Program-made: the position numbers and the translations under genes
Part shown: piece by piece, positions 52,141 through 64,000 of the stretch
Layout of the letters: each line of letters starts with the position of its first letter
How positions within the stretch are numbered: position 1 is the first letter of the stretch
The notes under the pieces: model-generated
The model's input: only the letters and a program-made list of their open reading frames with translations
Told to the model about the DNA's origin: nothing
The model's database searches: none
Assembly: GCF_036321535.1 (NCBI RefSeq)
Contig: NC_087436.1
Location: 65,164,001 to 65,228,000, forward strand
Direction of reading: 5' to 3'
Length of the DNA: 64,000 bases
Source of the DNA: Camelus dromedarius
Taxonomy: Eukaryota

Positions 52141-52309
52141 AGATATCGAGGGTAATCAGATATTGAAGGTAGGCAGACAACAAGGGTGAGGATTTTTGCT
52201 AGAATTGGGCAATGAAAAGATGGACATGAAAGTCTAAAGGTCAAGGTCTAGTTGAGAAGAGGGTTCAGAGAAACCTGTCTGAAGTTTAGTCAAGGAGGAC
52301 ATCTTGTAG

Positions 52310-52740
52310 ATAGGATCCTCTGCTCATAGTCTCATGAGGTTGAAATAGAAGTTTCAGCCAGATAGAATTTTCATCAGAGGTTCCATTGGGGAAGAATCAC
52401 TTCCAGGTTGCCTCAGATTGCTGGAAGAATTTACTTCCTGTGGTTGTAGAGTGCATGGTGGTTTGCTTCTTGGAGATCAACAGGATAGTCAGTTTCTGAC
52501 TTCAGGGAGCACCAGTCCCTCTTTTAAGGGCTTTAACCTGATTCAGTTAGTCCCCTCTAGGATAATCTCTTTTTTGAGTAACTCAAAATCAAGTGACTTA
52601 AGACTAATTACATCAGCAAAATCCCTTCAACTTTGCCATGTTCTGTTGGCTAGCAGCAAGTGAAGTTGTGTTACCACTCAACGGGAAAGGATTATACAAG
52701 GCTGTGAGTCATTGGGGTTACCTTAGAGCATGTACACTAT
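52310..52740 (-). mobile_element. MaLR LTR, MLT1E-like (partial)
   Basis: 'ggggaagaatcacttccagg', 'cttttaagggct...aggataatctc' and 'aattacatcagcaaaatccctt...ggattatacaagg'. Confidence 0.75.
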
Positions 52741-53644
52741 AGATCACTGGCAGAATGAATCTTTAGTATGAATATTCAGAAAAGCCATTGTTTTCTATTG
52801 AAAACCAATGGGTTTTATTTCTATCAAAAATTGTAAGGCTAAGAAAAAATAGTAAAAGAACACATATGACACATGTTTACTTTTGCTTATAATTAAGAAT
52901 TTAACAAATGTGCATAGAAGTACTGACTAGAGGGCATTATCTATATTTTGACCTTACTTTTTAGCAATGGGAATATTAATGAGTTCTGTATCAAGACATA
53001 GATTTCAAAATAATAGGTACAATCATAATGATAGCAATAAAAATCAAGAAATTTAGTTCCATGGTCTTACATATTGTTACTGAATATGGCAAACATGGAA
53101 CAGCCTAGCTGTTCTTTTCTCTCATCCGTCTCACTACACACATCTGCTACCCATCACCTGCATTCCTCTCTTTTCATATGTGTCCCTTGTTTGGCCATTT
53201 CTGTATCTTTGTTGACAATATTGCACCCAGTATAGAATTTTGTATTCTTCTGCCCTGTATATCTAAATCCTACCTCTTTGTCAAGGCCAACCTTTAAAGC
53301 AAGTTATCAGAGGAGATCATTTTTGGAGAAACTTCTGCAGATAGAAATAGCTCCCTCTTCTGAATTTTCATAGTTCTCTTTTGGGACATCACTTTAATGC
53401 ACTTATAAATTTACCTTTTTTTTAGAGGTGTTTGTGTGAAAGAATATATGGAACATGCTTAATAGCATTCCTGAGACTTATTAAGCTCTTAATTCATTGT
53501 AAATTTATATATTTTTTCTTCCATACTGCTATGTCAGATTTTTCTGTTCCATGGCACATATCTCATTGCCTCTTAGAACCATAAGTAAGGCATAAAAATA
53601 ATTGATTTTTTTTGTTTGTTTGTACTTGGTAGTAGTGTACTGTG

Positions 53645-54494
53645 AAGGCATACCTGGACTTGGAGATATTGCATGTTTTCGTTCTAGACTACAGTGATAA
53701 AGTGAATTGATCCCAATTGAGTCGCATAAATACTTTTTGGTTTCCTAGTGCTTATAAAATTTATGTTTACACTATACTGTTGCCTGTTAAATGTGCAATA
53801 GCATCATGTCTGAAAAATCAATGTACATACCTTAGTTAAGAAATACTTTGTTGCTAAAAATGCTAACCATCATCTAAGCCTTCAGTGAGTTGTAAGCTTT
53901 TTGCTGGTGGAGGATCTTGTCTGGATACTGATGGCTGCTGACTGATCAGGGTGGTGGTTGCTGAAGGTTGGGATGGCTGTGACAATTTCTTAAAATAAAA
54001 CAACAATGAAGCTTGCTGTATCGATTGACCCTTACTTTCATGAATGATTTCTCTGTAGAATGCAATGCTGTTTGATTGCATTTTACACACAGAACTTCTT
54101 TCCAAATTGGAATCAATCCTCTCAAGTCCTGCAACTGCTTTATCAACTGAGTTTATGTAATATACTAAATCTTCTGTTGTCATTTCAACAATCCATTAAG
54201 TTCACTGTCTTATATGGGCACAGTCCATGGTAATTACAATAGTAATACAAAGTAAGTTGCAGTGATAATGCCAAAGATTACTGATCACAGATCATCATAA
54301 CAAATCTAATAATAATGGAAAAGTTTGAAATATTATGAGAATTAACGAAATGTGACACAGAGACAGGAAGTGAGCAAATGCTGTTGGAAAAATGATGCTG
54401 TTGGACTTGCTCGACACATGGTTGCCACAAAACTTCAATTTTTGAAAAAATGTAATATCTGGGAAGCACAATGAAGCAAAAGTAGGTATACCTG
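53645..54494 (-). mobile_element. Tigger1 DNA transposon, internally deleted (about 850 bp)
   Basis: TIRs 'aggcatacct' / 'aggtatacctg'+TA; ORF 53863-54183 ([26 protein letters not shown]...[15 protein letters not shown]) matches the Tigger1 transposase/TIGD1 C-terminus; deletion junction at about 54195. Confidence 0.92.
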
Positions 54495-55055
54495 TAATAA
54501 TATTTTAAATTAGTATATTTATTAATATGTAAATATACTATAAAATACATTTTATACTAAGGTGCACATGGACAAATTGTATTAGTTGTTATTCAAAACA
54601 ATAGGGTGAAAGCTGTAACATAACTTTGGATGTTATCATAGACTAAGTCAATAATTATTTTCTGCCTTTCTGGCTTACACTGATTTATTATTGCCTCATT
54701 ATAAACTTTAATGACATTCAGATTTAGTGGTTTTAAGTATTTTTAAAATTTAACTTGGATTTTTTTAGTAATTTTTTTAAGGTACCTTGTTTTATGATCT
54801 TACTTTTAGTATGTGTATCTGATGAATATGATGGTTCCCATCAAGGAATTTTATAAATTTAACTTAATATTAGGTATTGTTCAACATTTTTACCTTTATT
54901 TTCATTTTATTACACTTTTCCATATAATTTTGTGAGAGGACTGCTTTTTAATATTTTTGACTCTTACAGTCCAGTACTTTTTCATTATTATCTCCTGGAT
55001 ATTTGCCATCTTTTAAAGTACAAAATTCAGTGGGTAATAAAATATGGCAACCCCC

Positions 55056-55062
55056 TGTGTGT

Positions 55063-55102
<40 letters not shown>
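55056..55102. repeat. (TG)n microsatellite, about 23 units with one interruption
   Basis: Read directly. Confidence 0.97.
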
Positions 55103-55107
<5 letters not shown>

Positions 55108-56254
55108 CTATTTTGACCTTTTTCATTTCACATCAGCCAAGGCACTTCAAGGCACAGCTCAGAAGCATTCAGATTCAAAGTGGCAAAGTTTTCTTTCCTT
55201 ATCTTTTGTTAGACCTTGTCCAAGACACAGGATGTTAACCTAGATAGTGCTTTCAAATTGCCACTTTTGGACCGTGTTTCTACTGATATTTTTGCCCATT
55301 TGACTTTTATATCAGGTTTCAGATTTTTTGTAACTTGGCACCTAAGGGAATTTTCTACTGCTTCTATTATTTTTCTTATATATCACCCCAAAAGGAGAGA
55401 AGTGACAGATGTTGATTATTTTTTCCTGCCACACCAATCTTTACTCTCTGATTCAATTAGGTTTTTTCTAACACTAAAATTTTTATTGAAACATACTTTT
55501 GAGCAAAAATATATTTACCCTTTTGATATTCACACTCTGGTTCACAATTTATTCATCTCAACCTTTAAGTCTTGTAAATTATAGCATTCTCATATCTTTC
55601 AGTGCTTTCTCATAATTTCATTTGTACTTTCTCAGATCTCCATACATCAATCATTCCAGTTTTTTTCTTCAACGTTTCTTTGAATATCTTTGCCTCTTAT
55701 TCCCAGTTTCCTCTTATTCTTTTATTTTCTTTTGCTCACTTCAATACCTGGAATAGACAGCCAATTAAAATACGTCAAGCTGTCAAAGTTTCCCTCAGCA
55801 GGTGAAATCTGCCAAGTTTCCTTCTATCTGCAAAATGACTAATAATTTTTCTTTGCATATATGGCATTCCCATTATGTTTAAATATAGACTTCTCTGGGT
55901 GAAGACCAGATTACTGGAACCCTTCCTTCGGTAAAGGGCCGAGATGCTATATTTATGTGGAACAGTAACACAATCATGTCATGGTTGATTTTTTCTCAAA
56001 GGACCATACCAGGGTTTTACTTCCAATAAACTTGTGTTTTTTAATGAAAGTCTAGATTTGGGAAGCAAATAATTAAATTCACATTCTAATAAATAAAATA
56101 AGGTATTGATTATAAAATAATCCCTTATAAAAATACTTTAAAAAATATGCCATGCCAAAGTTGTAGAACTTGAAAATAAATGTATGATGATCATGCAAAT
56201 CTGTTCATGATAAGCAGAATTCTTTGAAGTCATGAGAAAGTCATAATACATATA

Positions 56255-56800
56255 TTCAATTATTCATTTACTGATTTAATAGAAAGTTCCTAGCATCATG
56301 TAGCCATTTTTTTACGTGGATGATGAAAACAAATAAATAAATAGTTGCATATAAGTGGGACATATATTGAACTAAATGGTGATAACAAATATGGAGAAAT
56401 ATAAAGAAAAGGAGGAAGAAATGTGATGTTTCAACAGAATGGCTCTCTTTAACTTGAAATAGATTGTTCATTGAGAAAGTGAAATTTCAGTAAAGACCCA
56501 GAGGAAGTGAGGGAGAATCCATGAGGATATCTTTGGAAATAATGTTCCAGGCAGAGGAACAAGTGAATAAAAAAGTCCTAAATTGGAATTAGGTGTTCAG
56601 CCAACAGCAAGGAGGCCAGTGTGTGGTCAGCAGAATGAGCGAGAATGAGTAAATAGGACATGAGATCAGAGAGAGAATGCTGGCCAGATAAGTGAAGTCC
56701 TTTTACACATTGTAAGTACTTTGGGCTAAACTCTAAATGAGACTCAAAATCATTGCAGGCTTTCAGTAGGGAAAAGGCATGATTTAACTTTGTTTCAAAA
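56255..56800 (-). mobile_element. L2 (L2a-like) fragment
   Basis: 'tgttccaggcagaggaaca', 'aacagcaaggaggccagtgtg' and 'gagatcagagag...cattgtaagtactttgg'. Confidence 0.8.
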
Positions 56801-57584
56801 TTTTTACTGTGTAAGGCAATTCACTACACAAAAATATCTAAGAGTCCTACCCACCAAAAAAGAAAGAAAGAAAGAAAAAGATAAAAATACATGAGATGTA
56901 ATTGCTATAATGTAGTGCAAACACCTATGTAAACACCATAGAATTTTTTCAGATGGCCAAAGGTACTAATTGCCTTTTGAAATCAAAATCTCCTTCCTGC
57001 ACCTTGGGTAACCATTATCCTGACTTTCATGGTAATCACTCCTTGCTTTATAGTTATACCAAATAGGTGTGTGTCTCTAAGTATTATAATTTAACTTGTT
57101 TCAGAATTTGTGTAAGGGGGAATTAAACACTCAACTTTTGTCTTATGCCAGTTTCTTTAACTCCATACATTTTATTTTTAAGAATTCCCCGCTTTATCTA
57201 GAAGTGTATAGATGTTCATTTTCATTGCTTTATAAAATACATTTTGTTTATTTTTTCTACTTTTAATGGATATTTTTAAGGCTTCCAGTTTGGGAATATT
57301 ATAAACAACGCTGCTGTGAACAATCTTGTGTATGTATCCTGGATGACACAGCATGCATTTCTACTAGTTAATACCCAGGAGTGGAATTGAGGGCCCACAG
57401 GATGTGTACAGTTGCACATTACTGGATATTGACAAACTTTCATAAAGTGATTTTCAGTCACATTCTCACCTGCATTAAAAAAACAGACAAAATTGCTCCA
57501 CTTCATCAACCACATTTGGTTTTATCAGTATTTGTTTTCAGTTTGCAGTAAACATTATTGAATTTCTGTTGGTTAATCCATGCT

Positions 57585-57849
57585 TATTTGTTTATTTATT
57601 TATTTTAAAGATTATTTATTTGGAGCAGTTTTAGATTCACAGCAAAATTGAGGGGAAGCTACAGAGATGTGTCATGTATCTTCATATACTCCACACATAC
57701 ATAGTCTCCCGCGTTAGCAGCAGCTCCCACCAGAGTGGTACATTTGTTACAGTTGAGGAACCTGCATGACACATCATAATCATCCAAAGTTCAGTTTACA
57801 TGACAGCTCATTCTTACTGCTATACATTCTATGGGTTTGGACAAATGTG

Positions 57850-57899
<50 letters not shown>

Positions 57900-60800
57900 T
57901 CATTATAACATCATACAGAATATTTCCACTGCCCTAAAAATCCTCTGAGCTCTGACTGTTTATCCCTTCTACCCCCAACCTCTAGCAATCTCTGATTATT
58001 TTACTGTCTCCATAGTTTTGCCTTTTCCAGAATGTCATGTAGTTAAAATCATACAGTGTGTAACCATTTTCACTTAATAATATGCATTTAAGTTTCCTGC
58101 ATGTCTTTTCATGGCTTGATAGCTCATTTCTTTTTAATATTCCGTTGTATGAATCTATCAGGCTTTACTTATACACATACCTACTGAAGGAAATCTTGTT
58201 TTCTTCCAAGTTTTGGCATTTATGCTATAAACATCCATGTACAGATTTTTGTGTAAACATACATTTTCAGCTTTTTTGGGTAAATACCAAAGAGTGTGAC
58301 TGCTTGATCAGTTGGTAAGACTATATTTCGTTTTCTAAGAAACTGTCATGCTATCTTCCAAACTGGCTCTACCATTTTGCATTTCTACCAGCAATAAATA
58401 TGAGACTTCTTGTTCCACACGCTCCCCAGCATTTGGTGTTGTCAGTGTTTTGGATTTTGGCCACTCTAAGAGATGTGTAATTGTATCTCATTGTTCTTTT
58501 AATATGCATTTCCCTGACGACATAGGATGTGGGGCACCTTTTCATATGGCTGTCATCTGATTATCTTTGTTGGGGTGTCTGTATAAAGTTTTGGCCCATT
58601 TTTTAATTGAGTGATTTGTTTTTTCATTGTTGAGTGTTAAGAGATCTTTGTATATTTTGGATAACAGTAGCTTGTCTTCTCATTCTCTTAACATTATCTT
58701 TCACAGAGTAGAAGTTTTTAATTTCAATGCAGTCCACCTTATGAATTATGTCTTTCATGGATTACATCATTTGTGTTGTGTCTAAAAAGTCATCATCATA
58801 CCCAATGCCATCTAGGTTTACTCCTATGTTATTTTCTAGGAATTTTATAGTCTAGTGTATTACACATAGGTCTATGATCCTTTTTGAGTTAATTTTTGTG
58901 AATAATGTAAAGGTCTGTGTTTGGATTCGGTTTTTTTTTGCATGTAGATTAATTTTTATATGTTGAAACCAGCCTTGAATACCTGGGATAAATCCTAGTG
59001 ATATGTAATTCTTTTTATACATGGCTATTAATTATTGTTGAGAAATTTTACACTTATGTTTGTGAGAGTTATTGGTCTATAGTTTTCTCTTTTTTATAAT
59101 GTCTGTGCCTAGTTGTGGTATCAGGATAATATTGGCCTTACAGAATAAATTAGGAAATACTCCCTCTGCTTTTACTCTCTGAAAAAGATTGTAGAGAATT
59201 GCTATAATTTCTTCCTTAAATGTTTTGTAGAATTCATCAGTAAAACAACCTTGGCCTGATGCTTTCTGTTTTGGAGAATTACTAATTATTTGATTGATTT
59301 AATTAATATAGGCCTCTTCAGATTGTCTATTTCATCTTGTGTGAGTTTTGACAAATTGTATCTTTCAAAGAATTTGTTAATTTCATCTAAGTTATCAAAT
59401 CTGTGAGCATAAAATTGTTCATAGTATTCACTATTAGTCTTTCATTAATGTACGTCTTCTCTCCTTTTTATTTAGTTAGCCTGGCTAGAGACTTGTTGAT
59501 TTTATTGATCTTTCCAAAGAACCAGTTGTTTCATTGATTTTTCTCTACTGAATTCTTGTTTTCAATTTTGTTGATTTCTGCTCTTATTATTTCGTTTCTT
59601 CTGCTTAACTTTGGATTTTCTTTGTTGTTCTTTTTCTAGTTTCCTAAGATGGGAACTAAATAATTGATATTAGATCTTCTTTTCTAATCTATTTATTCAA
59701 TGCTACAAACTTTCCTCTCCTATTTTCATTTAATTCAACATATTTTTAAAGCTCTTTAAAATTTTTTCTTTGACCCTGTATCATTTAGAGGAGTGTTGTT
59801 TAATCTCCCAATATTTTGAGATTTTCCCATTACCTCTGCTTACCTTGCTTCGAATTCTGCTAGGTCTGAAATTAATATAGCTACATCCATAAATTAATAA
59901 CTAATTCATGTTTGCTTTCAAATAACACTGTACCACTTCACAGGCAGTGTCACTTATAATAACAAAATAATATTATTAGTTTAAACAAAGTGTCATCTGT
60001 TAGATCAGTTAAGAATAAGAAAAATAAAAGTTTGTATTTTCCCTTTGCTTATTTCTTCTTCGATATTCTTCCTTCCTTTATGTAAATCGAAGTAAATCCA
60101 AGTTTCTGACCTATATTATTTTCCTTTACTCTGATAACAAACTCCCTCAAATTTTGTTTGTCTAAGAAAATCTTTTTCTCCTTTACTTTTGAAGGGTAAT
60201 TTCTCAGGTACAGAATTCTAGTTTGTTTTCTTTGTTTTGTTTCTTTTTTCCTTTCTTCTCTTTTTGGTGTTCTCATTACAGGTATGCTATAATTTTTGTA
60301 GCTGTCTCAAAGTCCTTGAATATTCTATTTTCTTTAGTCTTTATTCTCTCTAGTTTTTGGTTTTTAAGGTTTCTGTTAGTATCTCTTAAAGCACAAAGAT
60401 TTGTTCCTCAGCTGGGTCCTATCTACTAGTAAGCCCATCAAGAGCCTACTTCAGTTTTTTTAATCTCTATCATTTCTTTTTGATTCTTTCTTTCTCAGAA
60501 TTTCCATCTCTCTGCTTACATTGCTCATCTGTTCTTGCATGTTGTCTACTTTATCCATTAGAGTCCTTAGCATATGGATAGTTGTTTTAAATGCTGGCCT
60601 GATAATTTCCACATCCCTGCCACAGCTGGTTCTGATGTTTGCTCTGTAATTTCTACTTGTGTTTTTTGCCTTTTGTTATGCCTTGGGTTCTTTCCTGGAC
60701 AGCTGTACATGATAAAGGAACTGTTGTTAATTAGGATTTGGTCATGTGGTGGTTTGGTGTAGGGGAAGAGAATCATCCTAAGTCCTATGATTAGGTTGCA

Positions 60801-61524
60801 GTCTTTCCAGGAGCCTCTTCCTCTGGACTGTGAACTTCACAGGAGTTTCCCAGATTCTTTTTTCTTCCCCCTTAGGTGGGGCAGGATGCCTAGAGTGGGC
60901 TGGGCTTGGATGTACCCCTTCTCCCTGTGGAAGGCTAGCGCCAGCTGGGGTCCGGTATTCCCCTTCCCCAGGTCAAGGAGGTTCTGATGATCCCCCCAGG
61001 CTGGGATCGGTTCATTAGTTTCACCTGAGGGCAGGCCTTTTTAAGAACAGAGTGTCCTGCTGTGTTTCAAAATGGTTCCTCTTTTCCTCTTCTTGGAAGC
61101 GTGAGGATATTTTTCTCCATTATTTACTGTGAGAACCTGGTTGAGCTCCTGGAGGTAAAACTCACAAAGTGTGTGACCTCCAATGCCCCAAGACCGGGAC
61201 CTCCTGGAGATTCTAACTCAGAATTATCCACAAAAAGCCTGCAACAATCAGTCATTTACAGTTCAGGTTTTCGTACAGCGGCACCCGTCCTGACGGCCGT
61301 TTCCGAGCGCGCGTCTCTGCTCCGGTAAGTCGTAACTCCCGGTATTTACCTGTTTGTTTCTGCAGTCTTGGGGTGCAGTTTGCCTTGTGTCTTCCCTTTT
61401 CTTAGAGATTCGAGAAAAGTTTTACATTTTATTCTGTTCAGCTTTTGTCATTAGGATGGGGTAGTGCCTTTTAAGCAGAAGCCTTTTTTTTTTTCTTTTA
61501 ATGTAAACTTAGAAACCAGAAGTC
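57585..61524 (-). mobile_element. L1MC1-like element with both termini but large internal deletions
   Basis: 3' end 'gagcagttttagattcacagcaaaattgag...ccaccagagtggtacatttgttacagttga'; ORF2 remnants; 5' terminus-like 'aaaccagaagtc'. Confidence 0.8.
57854..57895. repeat. (TA)21 microsatellite in the L1MC 3' UTR
   Basis: Perfect TA run. Confidence 0.98.
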
Positions 61525-62101
61525 CAGTCGTTTTCTTCTTTTCTTTTCCGTCCTCTTTAATTTCCTCCTCCACCCCCTTCTCTTACTCTGCTCATTTTGG
61601 AGAGGAGCTTTGGATTTAATTTGAATTTTCCTTCTTGGTAATGAAGTCAGTGACTATTCCTTCTGTATACTGGTCAATTGATTTTGTTTTTAGTAAAGTT
61701 CAAGTTTCTTACCAAATTATCAAAGAGGTCTGACTTTTCCTGGAGATGTACAGGAGTTCTGTATATATTGTATAATACTATGTGTTGCAAATACATTCTC
61801 CCACTCTCAACCTTGCCTTTCCATACTTTTAATGGCGTCTTTTAAATACATCATGAAGATACTCTTCTCTATTACCTTCTAAGATCTTTGCTTCTTCGCT
61901 TTACATATTTGGAAATTCAGATATTTTTCCATATGGTTACACATTTATCCTAGATTGTATACTGAGAAGATTATTATGTCCTCATTGATTTTTCAAAGTT
62001 ATCTCTTACATATATGAAATGTTGAGATATATATGGGACTATTTCTGAACTCTCAATTTTATTTTCTTGTCTATCTAGTTTTCCTCCAGTATCACAGTGT
62101 T

Positions 62102-62638
62102 TATATTAATTTATTGTTGTGGTTGTTACAATTTACCATAAACTTAGTGGCTTAAAATAATGCAAATTTATTATTTTTACAGTTATGTGGCTCACAAATG
62201 GGATACTGGTCTCACTGTACAACATTAACAACAAAGTGTTGGCAGGACTGCCTTTCTTTTCGGGGTATCTAGCTTGTTGGCAGAATTCAGTTTCTTGTGC
62301 TTGTAAGACTGAGAGCTGTTCTTGGCTTCTACATGTTACCTGCATTCCTTGGCTCCAACCTCAAAGCCAGTAATGTTCAGTTGGGTCCCTCTAAGGCTTT
62401 GAGTTTCTTCTGTCTATTCATTTATCCTCACGTTTCTCTTATTAACTCCTGGGCTTTTCTGTTACGGATTTGTAATTAGATTAAACCCACCCAGATGATC
62501 CAGGATAATCTTTCTGTTTTGAGATTCTAGCCCTTAATCATAACTGAAAGATTTTTTTCCCATAAAAAGCAATATTATCACAGTTCCTGGGAGTTAGAGC
62601 ATGGAAATCTTTAGGGAGACGTTATTCTACCTATCACA
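62102..62638 (-). mobile_element. MaLR solo LTR, MLT1D/E-like, inserted in L1ME
   Basis: 'ttaccataaacttagtggcttaaaa...ttggcagaattcagtttcttg...ccaggataatct...ttattctacctatcaca'; 5-bp flanks gtgtt/ttgtt fit a MaLR TSD at 4/5. Confidence 0.85.
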
Positions 62639-63489
62639 TTGTTTAAATTTCTAGAAATCTCATAGAAGCAATTCTTCCATGTTTTCTTCTTAGAAGGATC
62701 TTTCTTGTTAAAATTTTTAAATAAGTATGTTTAGTCTCACACACAAAAAATTATGATGTTTTGATTATATTATATTGAGTTATATTGAATTGGGATTATG
62801 TTGAATCTATAGACCAACTTCAGAGAATTGCTATTTTACACTTTTGGGATCTAATCATAAATACCTTTTTTTTTCTCAATTTTTTTTTTCAGATGTTTAA
62901 AGTTTTCCTTAATTTCTCTGAACAATTTTTCTAGTTGTCCTTGGAGATCAGTGTTTTTAAAAAAAAAATTTTAGGCTTATTCCTAAGGATTTCAGTTTTT
63001 AGTTCTATTGTACACAGCATTTTAAAATAAATTCAAATTTTAACAGTCTGACTTCATACTGAACATCTGTAATCTGTCATTAAGAATTGCTGTCATTCCA
63101 GTTTGAAAATTTCTCTCTTCATTCTCCGTTCACATAGAGCTTTACCTACTTCTGTTTGGGTACTCTGCTGTCTCTAGCACTAGGTTAATATTCTTGCCTT
63201 GCATGAATAATTAATTATATCTTTAGTTTCCTAAAATCAAGAAAGCAGTATCTTCAGGGTGACTTCAGAGACAGATTTATTTACTGAAAGGATATTCATG
63301 GGCTATAATTTAGTTATCTTAATTATAAGTGAGGGTGGCAAAAATGAAAAATATGACATCTTGCCACAATTACTACAGCAATATATTTAGTTATATAATC
63401 ATTCTATTTAACATTTTGATTCATACTCTAGTCCTATACTTTTGTGTAAAATAACAAACATCTTTCTGAATTTTGACACTCTTCAGATG

Positions 63490-63985
63490 GTTCAAAGTTT
63501 CCATGGCAAACACAGTAAAATCTAAAGTTTTAACTTTGTCATTTAAGATTCTAAATATATATGGCTTAAACAATTCTCTCATTTTTTACCAGCTCTTTCT
63601 TGCCCCCAAATCACCTGACACTGAAGTTCAGTCACAACAGGCACCTATGAAATCCTCTAGTAATCTGTGCAATTTTATGCTTATATGCCTTTTTCATGTT
63701 AGTTGCTTTAGACTCCTTTTACCTCATTCAACAAAATCATAAAGATTCTTCAAGGCCTCATCAAGTACAAACTCCTTTTGAAAGTTTTCCCTCATCCCTA
63801 TAATCAGAATTAAGCAGTCCTTCTTTTGTACTTCCTGTAATCCTAATTTTTGCTTTGGTTTATTAAAAATAGTAAACTTATCAAGTATCAGGATTGTTTC
63901 TTATTCAACTTTTTATTACCTGGGAACAGTGGGAGAGCCTTGGGTGTAGTAAGCATTCACTGCTCATTTCAGAATAAATCATGCT
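63490..63985 (+). mobile_element. L2 3' portion
   Basis: 'gtaaaatctaaagtttt...catttaag', 'ttcttcaaggcctca...tgaaagttttccct' and tail 'tagtaagcattca...gaataaat'. Confidence 0.55.
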
Positions 63986-64000
63986 TTATTATGTGTAAAA

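Larger units (their letters stand above)
51559..52308 (-). mobile_element. ERV1 LTR, MER31-like, interrupted by an L1 tail
   Basis: 'aaaacaggttttattcaggact...caataggggaaaagagacc', 'ggattctggctaaacc' and 'ctagttgagaagagggttcagag...gtttagtcaaggag'. Confidence 0.75.
56805..63020 (-). mobile_element. Ancient L1ME-like host element in three pieces (about 56805-57570, 61585-62101, 62639-63020)
   Basis: 'ggtaaccattatcctgacttt' and 'tacccaggagtggaatt'; resumes colinearly at 'tttaatttgaattttcc...gttgcaaatacattctccca' after the inserted L1MC. Confidence 0.6.

Noticed and set aside
820..63742. Short ORFs of the six-frame track as host genes
   Set aside because: They are 60-155 aa, often begin at non-ATG codons, have low-complexity AT-driven composition and show no recognisable domain; the recognisable ones are L1 ORF2 or Tigger1 remnants
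1..64000. CRISPR array, operon or other prokaryotic/viral system
   Set aside because: No regularly spaced repeat-spacer structure or gene-dense region; the sequence is mammalian repeat-rich non-coding DNA

Overview
AT-rich, non-coding eutherian (mammalian) genomic DNA. It is most likely camelid, based on a tRNA-Ala-derived Vic-1-like SINE and cetartiodactyl-type L1 3' UTRs; I saw no Alu, B1, Bov-A/BovB or PRE-1 elements. I found no supportable host protein-coding exon, functional RNA gene, CRISPR array or operon. The recognisable ORFs are decayed L1 ORF2 fragments and the C-terminus of a Tigger1 transposase. Much of the window is recognisable interspersed repeat: L1s of several ages, L2, MIR, MaLR (MLT1) and ERV LTRs, and Tigger DNA transposons, plus microsatellites. 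Repeat subfamily names are assigned from remembered consensus features, not from a database search, and boundaries of old elements are approximate. The best-supported oddities are a twin-primed, 5'-inverted L1 with an 11-bp TSD, a 33-nt U2 snRNA retrocopy with a TSD, a dense CpG micro-island with a splice donor inside an ancient L1 5' region, a Tigger MITE carrying a MIR segment, a collapsed MLT1 provirus, multi-layer nesting and a strong CTCF motif in repeat-free DNA. I see no evidence for a new biological system; the window looks like a deep intron or gene desert.
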